From: Lama guanicoe
Lineage: Eukaryota
Reading direction: 5' to 3'
Length of the DNA stretch: 60,000 nt
Assembly: GCA_013239625.1 (NCBI GenBank)
Contig: MU055753.1
Location: 4,266,153 to 4,326,152 of the forward strand
Shown: positions 42,644 to 55,359 of the stretch, piece by piece
How positions within the stretch are numbered: position 1 is the stretch's first letter
Layout: each line of letters opens with the position of its first letter
Program-made: the position numbers and the translations under genes
Notes under the pieces: model-generated
The model's database searches: none
The model's input: only the letters and a program-made list of their open reading frames with translations
What the model was told of the DNA's origin: nothing

Positions 42644-42649
42644 ATTAAA
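42644..42649 (+). terminator. Probable NPRL3 polyadenylation signal ATTAAA
   Basis: First AWTAAA hexamer after the NPRL3 stop, in the only AT-rich patch of the 3' region. Confidence 0.7.
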
Positions 42650-42674
42650 AATCGTCATCCACGCAGGTCCTTAC

Positions 42675-43042
42675 TCAGGCCTGTGCAGTCTGCTCAGCCG
42701 CTCTGTCCACCACGCTGACCCAGGGGCTGCCCTGCACATAGAAGCGCAGGGGTTTGTGCGCCCACTCTCCAGCATGGCCGATGCCCACTCGGGCTGCTGC
42801 CACCACCGCAGACTCCCTGGGCCCCTGCTCCAGCCATACAGCTTCATCTGTGGCCAGGTCCCGCTGGTCGAAGCTCTTGTCAATGGCCAGGGCCTGGCAC
42901 AGCTTGGAGGGGCCGTTGCAGAGCTCACGGTCTTTGAGGGCTCGGCCTGTGGCACCTTTGCGGAGGGTACTGCGCAGCTGCCGCATGGCCTCCAGGCCTC
43001 CCAGGGGCTCCAGGGCTCGCAGCAGGACACACGCCCCATCCC
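42675..43042 (-). CDS. MPG: N-methylpurine DNA glycosylase, last exon
   Basis: (G)DGACVLLRALEP...LCNGPSKLCQAL...AARVGIGHAGEWAHKPLRFYVQGSPWVSVVDRAAEQTAQA*; acceptor cccacag|. Confidence 0.97.
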
Positions 43043-44859
43043 CTGTGGGAGAGACAGGGCCCCCAGGGCGGTTGCCCTCCCTATCACAGGGCACGAGAAA
43101 ATGCTCACTCACCGTCCATACGCTCAGCCCGCCTCCCCTCCTGCACACCTGCACCCACACGCACCCCTGCCTCTTGTGGGTGCCTCTGGCCACCTGACCA
43201 CCAGCTGGGGAGGACCTGGGAGAAAGCCTGGCCAGAGCTCCCGGGTTTCCTCTGGTTTGGTGATTGGCTCTCATTGTGAGGCTGGCCCTCCACCCTGGGG
43301 CCCGTGGTCCTCCATCTGCCTCCCCCACTGGGTGTCTTTTAGGGGAGCTGGAAGGGTGGCTTGGAACAGCCACCAATGTGTGCAGGACATGGGTGAGCCC
43401 CACCCTGTGACCCAGTGGGGAGACTGATGCCCACCCCCACCTCCCTCAGGGTCCCCTCCCCAACCAGTCTAGGCCACTTAAGAGACAGGGATTCCCTCGA
43501 GAAGACATCTGTCCAAATGCCTTTGGATTCCTGCCTGGGGACAGTGATTATCCTCTGGGCTCTGGACAGAGAAGCCCTGATCCTCCAGCAAGGCCACTCT
43601 CCTGGGATACCTGCTCCAGCTGGGAGTCTGAGGGGCTCAGCCTGAGGCACAGCCAGGCCAGTCCTCACCCTCAGGCCTCAGCCACACAGGCCTCCCCATG
43701 AGCACCCAGGAGCTGGCCCTGAGTACTTGTGGCAGCCATGGCCTCCTGCGTAGCCAGCAAGTGTGCAGGTGTTTGTGACCAGGTCCCCTTAACCAGATGG
43801 TTTTCAAAGGACCTCGAGATGTGCCCAAAGGCCCATAAAGCCTTGAAATTTTAGTCCCTTCTTAGGCCCTCCCCTGTCCACCAGCCTCAAGGCTACCACT
43901 GGTTCCACCCTCTGGGTGCCACCTGCAGAAGGGTCGGAGGAGCAGTCAGCCCCTCCTCTCCTGGAACGCACCTGAGTCCCACATCCTGACAAAAGCACGA
44001 CACCCCCACCTCTTCCCACTGGGCCTCCCCATCACCCCCTACTCTGCCCATGCCAGCCACTCAGCCCCTGGAGTTGGCCCTACCTGTTCTGATCTCTGCA
44101 CCATCTCTGCCTCAGGGACACGCAGGCCATGACTGTCCTCAGCCACCCCTGCTCACTGCACCCAGATGACCCTTGGCCCTGACTGTTTGCACTTCTGTGG
44201 CTTTTCTGTCCCCCTGGCCTGGATGTTCCTGGGGCCCCTTGGTCTTGTGACCAGAAAGTACCATGCCACTTCCCACATCTGCCTTGTTCACTGTACCTGC
44301 AGAAGACTTGGGCTCCCCCTCTTCCTCACTGATTGCAGCCTCTTGCCCAAGCGCGGTCTCCCCTCACACAAGGGGTTGGTTCTAATGTCAAAGAAAAGCT
44401 TAGCAACCTGAGTAAGCTCTCTGGGTGACAACAGGGCCCCCGGGGGCCATCCATGCCACTCAGTTTCACTCAGCACCTGCTTTGTGCTGGGCAGAGGGCC
44501 AGTTGTGGGTTCCCTGTGTCTTCTCACCCCTGTGGCTCTGGCACTAGACATCCCCAGCTGTCCACTCTGGGCAGTCACAACTCACACATCACTGGACTCG
44601 TTCCACGGGTGTGACTGTCCTCAAGTGTTTGTTTACCTGGGATGGCAGCTGGCACTGGCTAGTCCAAGTGGGCTGGGCTGACCCTGCTGCAGGTCAGCAG
44701 TGGCTCGGGCAGGACGGTACTATGGGCTCTTCCTGCTGAGCAGAGACCACCCAGAAAACAGAGCTGCCTACTCATGAAGGACAGAGGCTGCCGCAGGGTG
44801 GGTCTCCTGAGATGGGTGGGCCCTCCCGGGAGCCGTCGACCAGCGTCTCTCTGCATGGC

Positions 44860-45052
44860 CCCGCTGACCTTTGGGGCCCACAGTTCTCTGGGAGGCTATC
44901 CTGTGTGTTGTGAGCTGTTCAGCATCACCTCCATCCACTATATGCCAGTAGCATCCCCCCAGCAGTGATGACCAGAAATGTGTCAGACATCGCCTAATGT
45001 TGCGTGGGGGTTGGGGGTGGGCAGGGTCATCCCCAGTAGAGAAGAGCTGATC
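44860..45052. mobile_element. MER20-like hAT DNA transposon relic
   Basis: ccactatatgccagtagcatcccccc...gaccagaaatgtgtcagacatcgcctaatgt...ccccagtagagaa. Confidence 0.75.
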
Positions 45053-45437
45053 CAGACCTGTAACTGGCTGCCTGGCAAAGCTCTGCCTGAGCCTAGCTCA
45101 CCCCAAATCGATCTCACCCTGTTTCCCCATGATCAGCCCCTCCCAAGTCTACCCTGGGCTGTCAGTGACACCAGCTCTGAGCTCTGGGACCAGTGGTGGC
45201 CTCATGGAACCATCTGCTCTATGTTCAGGTCAACCCCTGACCTCTACTCCATGGGGGCCCCCTGTACCTCCAACCACCCTGTCAGTGCAGCCAGAGTTCC
45301 TAAAACCCCAGCCTAGGCGAGCAAGGGCACCCCCTTGCTCAAACACCTGCCCAGCCTGGTCCTCCCAAGGGTCTATCAGCTGAGGGGACTGCTCTGGCCT
45401 CCTTCCCCCACTCACCCCATGCCCCAGCACCACTCAC

Positions 45438-45642
45438 CTCGGCTGGAAACATTCATGCAGAAGTACATGCCATAGATGAGATACACGTACAGGGTCCCTG
45501 GCTTCATGAACATGCCACGGTTGCGGGGGGTCTGCCGGCCACCCCGAGAATGGGCAGCTTCATCCTCTGGCCCCAAGTATGCCTCAGTCTCCACAATGCG
45601 GCCACGGAGCTCCGTGCCATCATCAAGTCGTCGGACCAAGAC
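45438..45642 (-). CDS. MPG: MPG exon 3 (catalytic core)
   Basis: [68 protein letters not shown]; catalytic Glu and intercalating Tyr motifs intact; 205 nt. Confidence 0.98.
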
Positions 45643-48096
45643 CTGCTCAGGGCAGGAAGGGGTGGGGTCCACACAGCCCACAGCCTGGACTCACCTCCCC
45701 ATCTCAGAATGCCCCAGGACACCCAGGTCTAGCCCCACTGTCCCCTCCATCCTACTGGACTACTGGACCGCAGGCCCCTCACGAACTGTCCTATCGTCAG
45801 GTGCAGCCGTCTTAAACCCCAGCCACGGCTAGGCTGGGCACCAGCACCAGTGAATTCATGCACTTCAATCTCCTCAGCCGCATCCCCTGCCTCCTCCCCA
45901 AGCCCCATTGGACTGAAATGCCCAGCCTGAGGCCAAGCAGCGTGTAGGTCACAGGGATTCCAGAGCCTGTGGTGCCCCCTCCACCTAGACTAACCACAAA
46001 GGACTGTCATACTCAGCCCTGACCCACCCAGCTCAGAGAGACCTTTCTGAGCAGAGGGACCAGCTGCCCCACAGCGTCCCAGCCTGAACCATGACCCTGG
46101 GTGTCATAAGCTCCTCAAGGAGTAGAGTGGGCTGGGCAGCGAGCCAGGGAGGCGAGCCTGGCGATAGCACCCTGGGCAGTGGTGGGTCCAGGAGGGGCCA
46201 GCGGAGGACAGGGCAGGGGCAGTTGCCAGGGGCTGTCCCCAGAGGGGTGGGCACTCTCATGCCAGCAGAGCATCTAGAGGGGCAGAGCAGGCCACAGGGG
46301 AGCTGGTCAAGGCCTGTGGAATGTGAACCCCTCCGCCCTACTCCTTTGCCACATGGCACCACAGGATGGCCCTAAGAGTGGTCAGCAGTCACATCCAGAG
46401 TCTAGAGCCTGGGTCTGACTCAACTTGGGTTCACAGTAGTTTCACAGGCCAGCCACCTCCCCAGAGACACCCCCAGCACCCTCCTTGTCCTTAGGCCAGG
46501 GCAGTCAGTTGGGTGGCCAGGCTACCTGCCTTAGCCTATGGAGCCCAATGAGTCTGGGGCTGGGGTCAGTGTCATAGGGGCAGGGAGGTGGTGCTGAAGC
46601 CTGGATGCTCAGTTGGGGAGCACTACAGAAGGCCTTCCTGGGGACAGGGGAGGAAATCCTAGAAGTCCCCTACACATCTACATTTTGGGCTTGGCCATAC
46701 CATCTCAGACAAGGCCTCATTTCCACTTTCCAGGAGATCAGAGGGAAAAGTCCCCCATCCACTTGACTGCGTGTTTCCACACCTCCCAAGGCCCTTTCCT
46801 CACCCCCACTAAAAACACAGCTCCTTCTTGCTAGTAGAGGGTCCCAAGAGATACAACACTCTTCTCAGCCAAGTGGGTGACACGAGAGTGGTCTGGGTTG
46901 TCATGGAAACTCACTGCTTCTTGCAACCACCTGTTTAAGGATGAGTGCACAACCCAAGCCTGGTCAAGGGGTCTGCGAGTACCTCTGTTGGGAGGTCAGG
47001 AAAAAGGGATGTACAGGGTGAAACACTCCTCTGCTGGCCATTGCCCTGTCCACCCTTGGGCTCAAGTGGGCACGATGGGAGCCTAAAGGGAGACTATGAC
47101 AGTGAGGCCCTTGGGCCGTCAACCTGACACTGGGACTCACCTGCCCTGTGTGCCATTTCATGTGTGATCATAAACCCTCATTTTTTAAGGTGCTTTTAGA
47201 AGGATCTTCTGGCTCTCGCCACTGAAAGCATCCTCACAGGGACAGACTGACTAGGTCACACTTTAGGCCACACTCCACCAGCCCAGGTTTCAGGATCTGT
47301 TCCCCTCCACACATCACTCTTGGCACCAATCTTCTATCAGCCACAGAAACCGACTCTCCTTGGCCATTTTAACCTAACGGTAGGCTCACTAAAGGAAAAA
47401 GAGTAGCCATGGAAGCTCAAGGAGGACCAGAGAGCTAGGCCTAGAGTTTGGTACCCAGGAATAAAACACAGATGGTGCTCCAGATGGATGTGGCCAAACT
47501 CTGCTGTGGCCGGCACATGTGGACACACACACTGCGTGCTGATGGGCTCTGCCCCCACGGGCCATGGGCAGTCTCTGCTTCCCGCTCAAGAACTTGGAGC
47601 TGCAGGGGCTGCCTGGAGATGACTCTGACTTGCGCAGCCCAGAGGCCACTGTCTAAAAGCTGATACACACACAGATGAGCTCCAGCAAGGGAACTTACTG
47701 TGCTGGGGATAGCCCCTCCCAGACACAGCCAGCACTGACCGTGGTCCTTTCAGGAAACTTGCCCTGAGGGCCATCCCACGTGGAGACGGCTAACGCTGCT
47801 GTGGCTCCTGTCCTCACTGCCCAGAGCAGGCAGGCAGGTAGTGGCCCCCCTGCCCTCACCCAGGGCAGGCACCATGAACAATCTCAGCATTCTTCCTGGC
47901 CCATCCTGGACCCAGCCCCTGCCCCAGACGAGTGAGGTGAAGCTGCCCAGCAACACGTGTGGGCAAAGCAGCTAACTGCATGGGGACAAGCAGGCCCAAG
48001 TCAGGGAAGTGAGCCCAGGGTGAGAGGACTAGGGCCCACGGACACGGCACGGAGATCACTGCCTCAGCAGAGGCCACACCACTACATTCACATTAC

Positions 48097-48330
48097 CTGC
48101 CCCAGAAAGGCCCGTGCCAGGGGGACTGCAGGTTGGTCGAAAAACTCTGATCCCAGGCGAGCAGGGCAGCCCTTCAGGTTTGAGAAATAGATGCTGCGCT
48201 GGGGGCCCAGGGTCGAGGGCAGGCCCAAGCGGGGCTCCTTAGGGGAAGGTGTCTGGGTTCCATCTGGTGGTTTCTGATGCTGCTTGGCCTCCAACAGTCG
48301 CTGCCTTTTTTGGCCCATTCTGAAGGAAAG
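48097..48330 (-). CDS. MPG: MPG exon 2
   Basis: LSFRMGQKRQR...RSIYFS...RLGSEFFDQPAVPLARAFLGQ; tcacag| ... CAG|gtaatg; 234 nt. Confidence 0.92.
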
Positions 48331-48414
48331 CTGTGACAGGAAAAGACAAAATAAAGTGTATGAATAGGAGGGGACAGATGATCTCGAGGTGAAGTCAATC
48401 ATTCAAGGACTCAC

Positions 48415-48510
48415 TTAACTGCCTGTCTTCAGTTTCCCCATCTGCAAAAAGGGGGCAACCACCTTGTGGGTTGTTACAGGTATGAACAGAATGCCACACT
48501 TGACACACTC
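48415..48510. mobile_element. MIR fragment
   Basis: cagtttccccatctgcaaaaaggg...ggttgttacaggtatgaa; similar MIR cores at about 49610-49745 and 57465-57580. Confidence 0.65.
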
Positions 48511-50049
48511 AGCCCTGTGCTGGGACCCAGGAGGACCTGGGAAATGACTGCGCATGAAGGCAGGTTGGTGGCAGGGGTGATACAGGCCATCACAAGCAGG
48601 AGTTACACAGCCTGCTGGCCATGGGCTACAGGGCTCAGGGAGGGGACAGTGGCACCTGAGCCTGGGGAAAGGGCTGGTACCCTCTGATTCCCATTCATCA
48701 CGTGGTCTCCAAATGAACTTCTGAGTTTGTTTCTGGAACCCTGCCCTTTGAACCGGCATCCATGCCCTTCCTCCATGTCAGCAGGGCTCCCACTGTGCCA
48801 GACCCCTCCTAGAATGGCCCAGAAGGCCTGACACACACATGTGGGTTAGCACCAGGCAGATGGTCTACTTGGTCCCACCACAAGTGCTCAGGGCATGACC
48901 CCCAGTGAGTCCCCAACTGCCTTCTGCCTCATGACCCAGGATGTCAGATTGACAAGGATAAGTAAGGCAAATGTGAGGTCGGAGGAATGAGGAGGATCTG
49001 CTGAGACCAGCACACTACCTGCCTTCCACCAGCTACCACAGGTCCAAGGAAGCTGACCACACCCCCTTGGCCATTCTGGGACCAGCTGCTCTCCGATGAA
49101 AGGAGCAGGTAAGCACCAGGGCCTGGAAACACCCTCCTCAAGGACTGATTCCAATGCCTTCCTGGCATGTGACAGACCCCTTATTTTTAACATAAGTGCA
49201 GACACTGCATTGAACGGAGACCGCCAGTCTGCTAAGAATGGATGCTGACGTGATAGTCTTTGCAGCTCGGCCCATCTGCCAATACCCACCGGGGCTCAGA
49301 CTCTCGGACACTGTGGCCCCAGTTCTAGTCCCAGGTTTGGCCCCTAGCCAACCTTGAGGCACTAGGGTTGCTATGGGTCTCTGCCCTGATTCGCCCTGGA
49401 CAGTGGGGGACTCGCAGAGCTGCCTAGGGACTGAGGCTCAGAGAGGCCTGGGCTTCCCTACTGCTGACCTAGGATTCGAACCGGCCCCAGGCCTCAGGCC
49501 TCAGAGTGAGGTTACCCTGCCTCAAAATGTGCACCTGGACACCTTACACACATCCCTGGCCCTGGTTAGAAATCAGGTGTTCCCTGGGTGAAGGGCCCCA
49601 GAAAACGACTTAAGATGTCTGTGCCTTTGTTTCCTCATATGCAGAAAGGGAACCAACATCTATCACACAAGATGGTTCTGTGAATAAAATGAGAGACGCC
49701 AGGTAAGCACTTCACTGGCAGAGAGCAAGCACTCAATGAGTGTTAGGAAGAAACACCCTCCACAGGGGATGCTTCTGGGCAAAACCTGGGGGCAAGAGTA
49801 TCTTGCCAGGCTGGGCCCACCAAGAGGGCAGGAAACAGTCGCCTGGATGGGGGTGTCCAAGGGACCCACCAGCTCTCCATCAAAACCTGGGCAAATTATG
49901 GGGGTGGGGTCAGTAAATAAAGGGAAAGTACTTGTCTGGGCCAGACAGTGAAGCGAGGAGTGAGGGGAAGTGGCTCCTCAGGCCAACCGCGAGGCCAACC
50001 CCGCGGTCATTTCTGTGCCAGGCTGGCTCCAGGGCAGGGGGGCGTCTAA

Positions 50050-50720
50050 GCCCCAGCTTAGTGCCCAGCATTTAACCAGAAAATTGGTGTCGGGCTGTCC
50101 TTACTGGAGAACTCGGGCCGGGCCTCGACTTTGCTTCTGGGAAACGGAGCCGCCGAACCGGGGTCCGACCCCCGCCAGCAGGCGCTCGTCTGGAGGCTGC
50201 AGACCCCGAAGGGGCGGGCCCGCGCGCTCGTTACTGGTCCTCTCCGGGCTTCCTCTCAGCGGCTGCCTGGGGTTGTGGGGTCCAACTCCGGGTGACAGGC
50301 TCGCCCCCGAGCCTGTCCCTCGGCCGCGCGCCGAGCGAGGAGCGCGCTCACTTGGGCGCGCACTCACCTGGGCCTCGCGCGGCGCGGGCATCTGGCGGCT
50401 CCCGCAGCGACTCTCGCGGCCGAAACCGCCCCGCGGGAAGCCCACCCAGGAGCGGATGCCGGAAGCGCCGCCCGGTCCAGGGGTGGAGCCGGCGCCTGCG
50501 CAGAGGAGGACGGAAGCCTCCAGGAGCAGCGCGATTTCCCGGCGCGGGTCCGCCCCCGGGGGAGGGGTCGGAGCGGGGGCGGGCGTTCCCGGCCTTCGCC
50601 CCATCTCCCATCCTGGACAAAGGCCCGCGCCGCTGGGACACTTGTGGAGGGAGCAGAGGGAGAAGGCTGCTGGGGTTGAATAATGCCCGCCTCCCTCACC
50701 CTCGCGCCCCGGCCCCCCTA
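50050..50720 (-). promoter_or_regulatory. MPG CpG-island promoter
   Basis: CpG-dense around exon 1; ETS-type CCGGAAG/ACGGAAG (about 50459 and 50510) and GC boxes; no TATA. Confidence 0.85.
50368..50391 (-). CDS. MPG: MPG exon 1 coding part
   Basis: ATG CCC GCG CCG CGC GAG GCC CAG|gtgagt = MPAPREAQ, in frame with exon 2; total CDS 831 nt = 276 aa. Confidence 0.88.
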
Positions 50721-53700
50721 CCAGTGACATACCCCCACCCCACTTCCCACCCTGGTCCCCCTACAGCCGCAGAGCTCACTCCACCACCAGCGAGTGGTCA
50801 GACCACCAAGGGGCCCGGTCAGTGGTGAACCTTGACTGGGCCCCAGAGGGGCCCCAGCTGGAGGCGTAGTGGTTTGCAAATGGCCCGCAGACGGTTCTGT
50901 GGGGTGCACTTGGAATGCGCGTGAAGGAGGTGGCGCCGAAGCCCGGGTCCTTGGGACACTTCCTCGACTGCCGAGGGGCATTACTTGCTCCCTATCTGGG
51001 GGGCATCGGAGTGGAGAGGTTGGGCAGGAAGACTTTGTCCAGGAAGGGGACGCCAGGCCTCTCCAGAACCTCCCTCTCCCCCGTGGTCATCGCATATGGG
51101 TAGGTCCCGGGATTCTGTCTCTGCAGTGGAGGCCCCACCCCTCCCGCCACCGGAGGATGCTGAGAGGAGCCCGCCCAAGTCTGGGGGTGGGCCTACTGGA
51201 GCTAGGCCAGCCTCCTGGAGAGGCTGAGGCCAGCAGTAGGACTGTGGGGGCTCGTGAGCATGGTCTTTCAGAGCAGTGGCTGGGGCAGTATGAAGTGTGA
51301 TTGGGGTGGGATAGGTACACCCCCTTGTGAGCGTATCCTGAGCTGTCATTGACTTGTGTGACCCTGGCCCTGTGAGGGGTACCCGTAGGGATTTGGAGAG
51401 CAAGTGGATGGCATCAGATGGGAGGTGCTGGACGGGCCATGTGACTGGGGCCCTCAGATGAGCCTGGCACCTAGTCTCAGGGCAAGTCCATCTGGGAGGA
51501 CCCCAGTCCCCAATGCTCCTCCTCCAACCCAGCAGCTGAAAACTCCAGCCCAGGCCCAGCTGTACTCCCCGCTGCACCCCCGCCCGGCCCTAACCAGAAC
51601 TTCCTGGGGAGGGAGGGGCAGCAGCCTTTCAGTGCCTGCTGGAAGCCACCCAGCTGTTTGTGGCACTTTGTGCCGCTTCCTTCCGGGGGTGGGCGACAGA
51701 CGTGTCATAAATACAGACTTGTGAGGCAGGCCTGGATGTGACTCCCACCCCTTTCTTTCCTCCTTACCCCCTGCAGCCATTCTGCCCAAACAATGACTCC
51801 CCCTTCCTGCCTTCCTGTGTGCCCAGCCTCCCTTCCCTCCTCCCTTCCTCCTCTCCCCACCAGGGAAACTGAGGCTACTATTGGGCCCTGTTCCCGGGTG
51901 AGGGCAGGGGCAGGGTGGGTGCTGTTCTGTATTCATTTTTGTTTTGATTTCACCAATGGTGACCGGTCCTTGTGGAAATCATGGGGAGTCCACACATCCC
52001 TGGGGGAATGTTTGATCCCCAACTTGAAGATAAGGAAAGAGAGGCTCAAGGGCAGCCCAGGCCCCCAGGAGGCGGAGGCAGGGCTGGAGCCAGCAGCCCA
52101 CTTCTCCAGATGTTCCAGCCTGAGTGCAGGGCCTTGCATAACCTCTGTGCACCACCCCCCTCCCCTCCACTTCCTGGTTTGAGGTCTGAGGCTCCAGCAC
52201 AGGCTGGAAGTGCTGGGCTGAGTGTTCCCACTGTGGCTTACAGGGCACGCTGGCTGGCTGGCTGTGGGTGAGAGAAGGTGGTGCCAGGTTAGGGGGGGTG
52301 GACCTCGGGGTCTTCTCTGTCCCCACTGTGGCCTGCTGCTGGGCTGGAAGAAGATGAAGGTGAGGATACCCTTGATGCTCTGAAAAGGGTCAGTGCTGGA
52401 GTGAGCTGCTCTGTGCCCCACCGCCCCATGGCCATTGTCACTGGAGACTTGAGAGAAAGGACAGCAGCTCCACCAGCCACAGAGGCCAGAGTTCCAGCAC
52501 CAGCATCGTTCCCACCTGGCACATGGTTCCGTATCCTCTCTAGTGTAGGGATGGCTAACACCATGAAAGGGATGGCACCCTCCAACTTCTCAGCAGGGTG
52601 GCTTCTGGCATCCTGATGGGTCCTGGGGGCTCAAGAGGCTCCTTGGGCAGTGAGGGCGACTGAAGGAAGTCTGCATGGGCTGCATATTCCCCTCCTGGAG
52701 CTGTGGTGCCAATGTTACTGGACTCTGAGCCCAGGTACTCACATGTGCTGAGACACAGGGAGAGACAGCTGCCTCAGAAATAGCCAATGACTTCAGGCCC
52801 CTGAACCATCTGGCCCACCTGTGCCTCTTCCCCAAATAGCCAGAGGTTGGTCCGGGGCCTATCCAGGCCCCCCAAAGCTCAGGGCTTGCCTGCTGAGCTG
52901 AGGATTCCAGGGTGGCTGGAGGGGAATCTTTTTAGTGGTCAGGACTCCCTCATGTCCTAGATTCACAGGGGTGGTCCAGACACCAGCCCATCCCCAGTCA
53001 CCTGCCCACACACTAGGCAGTTGTGGCTGATTTCCTTTTCTCCAGGGCTGGGGGTGGGGGTGGGGGTTGGTGCAGGGAGAAGAAAGAGGGACCAGGAGCT
53101 GGATTTCCATGTCAGGGGCTCCCCACTCAGAGCACAGGGCAGTGGGCCAGATGTGAGGCAGAGCACACATGTGTGCATACATGTGTCCCTATAGACTGGG
53201 ACTAGGTCTGGGCATTCATGTGTCCAGGCCTCCGCTCACACCATCCTTTGGATACCAGGATTCTGGCTCAAGAGGCCCAATGGGATGGGCTGAGAACCTG
53301 GGTATTCCTGGATTTGCCTGCCAGGGTGCACTGGGGCGGGCCTTGGGAGCAACATCTGTGAGGGACAAGAGTTGGCCACAGAGGGTGCTGAGGATTCCAT
53401 GGTGCTCAGGAGCTGAAAGGGTCCTTTGGAGGTAACCTGAAAGAATATAGGGGAAGGTCACTTACCTGTGACTGGACATGGAGACCATCCTCTCTGGGGA
53501 GGGAGCATGATTTTGGGAAAGGCAGCTCTCATCCACTGAAGGTGACTCCTGGCGGCTGAGGGTGGGGGGCTGGGGAGTGAGCACCTGTCCCAGCTGCAAG
53601 CTAGCTGGGCAGCTGGGAATGAGTGTCTGGGTTGTGGAGGGGTCTGGAGGGTGCCCTGCAGCACTGGATGCCCAGTCATGGCATGCTTTGGAGGTGATCC

Positions 53701-54466
53701 CAGACCCTGGCCTCCAGAGAGGACACCGCTGCTGGCCCTGCCAGCCCCGTCTGGGCATCCAGGTGGGTGGGGCATACTTATTCCTGGCAGGGGTCAAGAA
53801 TGCCAGGCATGGAGAGACTGTCCTGTCTCTGGCTGAGAGCCTGGCATGGGAAGGGTGGCACATGTGGGCTGCAGGAGCCCTGAGCATCAACATGGGTAAC
53901 CTTCCTCTTGCCTTGTGTCCCCAAGGCCCCTGAAGTCACCCCCCATGGCCACCCCAGTAAAGAAGTCCTCCTGTAGCCCTCCAAAGCTTTCACTGTCTCC
54001 CTCTGCCTAAGAATTGTGTTGATATACCTGTGTTTGCTAATGACCTGGTATGTGTGGGCACTACTCTGTCCTATGGTATGGACAAGGAAACAGTCAGAGG
54101 GTTTTGTCCCTTGCCCAGGTTCCAGGGCCAACCTGTAAGCTGGCTGCCACCTCAAATTGTCACCTTTATTTTCTCTGGAGCCAAGGACCAGGGCAGTCCC
54201 ACCCTTGGCATAGTTTGCTGACCGTGGCAGCAACTTGGTTCAAAGAGGAAAAGGACCACCTGGTCCCAGACCAGCAAAGGGCCCGAAGACACATTTGTGG
54301 GTCCCCCGAGGCTTTTGGGGCTGGGCCTCACATGCCTCAGTATTGTGGCCCCAGTGGAAGGGTGCTTAGAACACCCATGGTCCCAGTTCTGTTTTCTCTG
54401 AAGGAAGAAGAACGATCACCCAGAATCTCTCCATGGAGAGGGGGGCCCGCCACCACTCACAGTGCC

Positions 54467-55111
54467 TGCTCAGCCCTGCCTATATCCTGCCATTGACCTC
54501 TCACCCCCATTGGTCTTTCTTTGGGGTGGTTTGCCGCCCCCCACCCCAGTCCAGCAATGTCAGGTGTGAGGAATGCTGGAAAACCCTCTCCAGCAGCCTC
54601 AGCCTAGAGCAGATGGGTCATTTTTTGTCCAACTCAGCAAGTGCAGGGGTGAGCTCCCCTCACCCCGGGGCAGTGCGTGAGTTCTGAAAGAAGAGCACAG
54701 AGTGGTGGCCAGAAATGGTGCTGCCACCTCTGTTCCCAGGGTTCCAGCCTGGTCTGGGAGTGCCTGCTGGGGGAGCTGGGCTGGAGGGGTGGGGGCACAT
54801 AGGGGCCTGGGGAAGGGGAAACTGCTCTAATTCTGCTGTTGGTGTGGGTGCAAGTGAGTGTGTGTATAAAGCAGGTGTATAAAGCAGGTGCTCAGCCCTG
54901 CCTATATCCTGCCATTGACCTCTCACCCCCATTGGTCTTTCTTTGGGGTGGTTTGCCGCCCCCCACCCCAGTCCAGCAATGTCAGGTGTGAGGAATGCTG
55001 GAAAACCCTCTCCAGCAGCCTCAGCCTAGAGCAGATGGGTCATTTTTGTCCAACTCAGCAAGTGCAGGGGTGAGCTCCCCTCACCCCGGGGCAGTGCGTG
55101 AGCTCTGAAAG
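54467..55111 (+). repeat. Near-perfect direct duplication: 54467-54690 and 54889-55111, separated by 198 bp
   Basis: The two copies differ only by T6 vs T5 and one T/C near the end; the ORF track shows the identical peptide twice. Confidence 0.95.
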
Positions 55112-55359
55112 GAGGAGGCTGGTGGATAGATTTACAGTAGATCCAGGGACGCTCTCCCACATCTACCCTCCGCACACGCCCACCCTCCGCTTCCACCCTT
55201 TCTCAAGCAAGAGCAGAGGCAGAAAAAGGTTAGGACTCACTCTGGAGTCCAGGAGTGGCTGAGGAGCCCAGGACCAACACTGGCCATCAGGCTCCGTGCA
55301 ACTGGGCCACCAGATCCTCCCTCCTCGGCCAGGGTGCTTTCGACCCCTGGCCACAGGTG

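Noticed and set aside
42675..43403. 242-aa minus ORF as a stand-alone gene
   Set aside because: Only 42675-43042 is coding (MPG last exon); the rest is intron upstream of a clear acceptor.
42444..43427. 327-aa plus-strand ORF antisense to the MPG last exon
   Set aside because: Shadow ORF of a GC-rich coding exon; no recognisable domain, and it crosses the NPRL3 poly(A) signal.
49970..50830. Several 180-240 aa Pro/Arg/Gly-rich ORFs on both strands
   Set aside because: CpG-island composition suppresses stop codons; only the 24-nt MPG exon 1 is supported. The same applies to 10298-10957 and 55163-56342.
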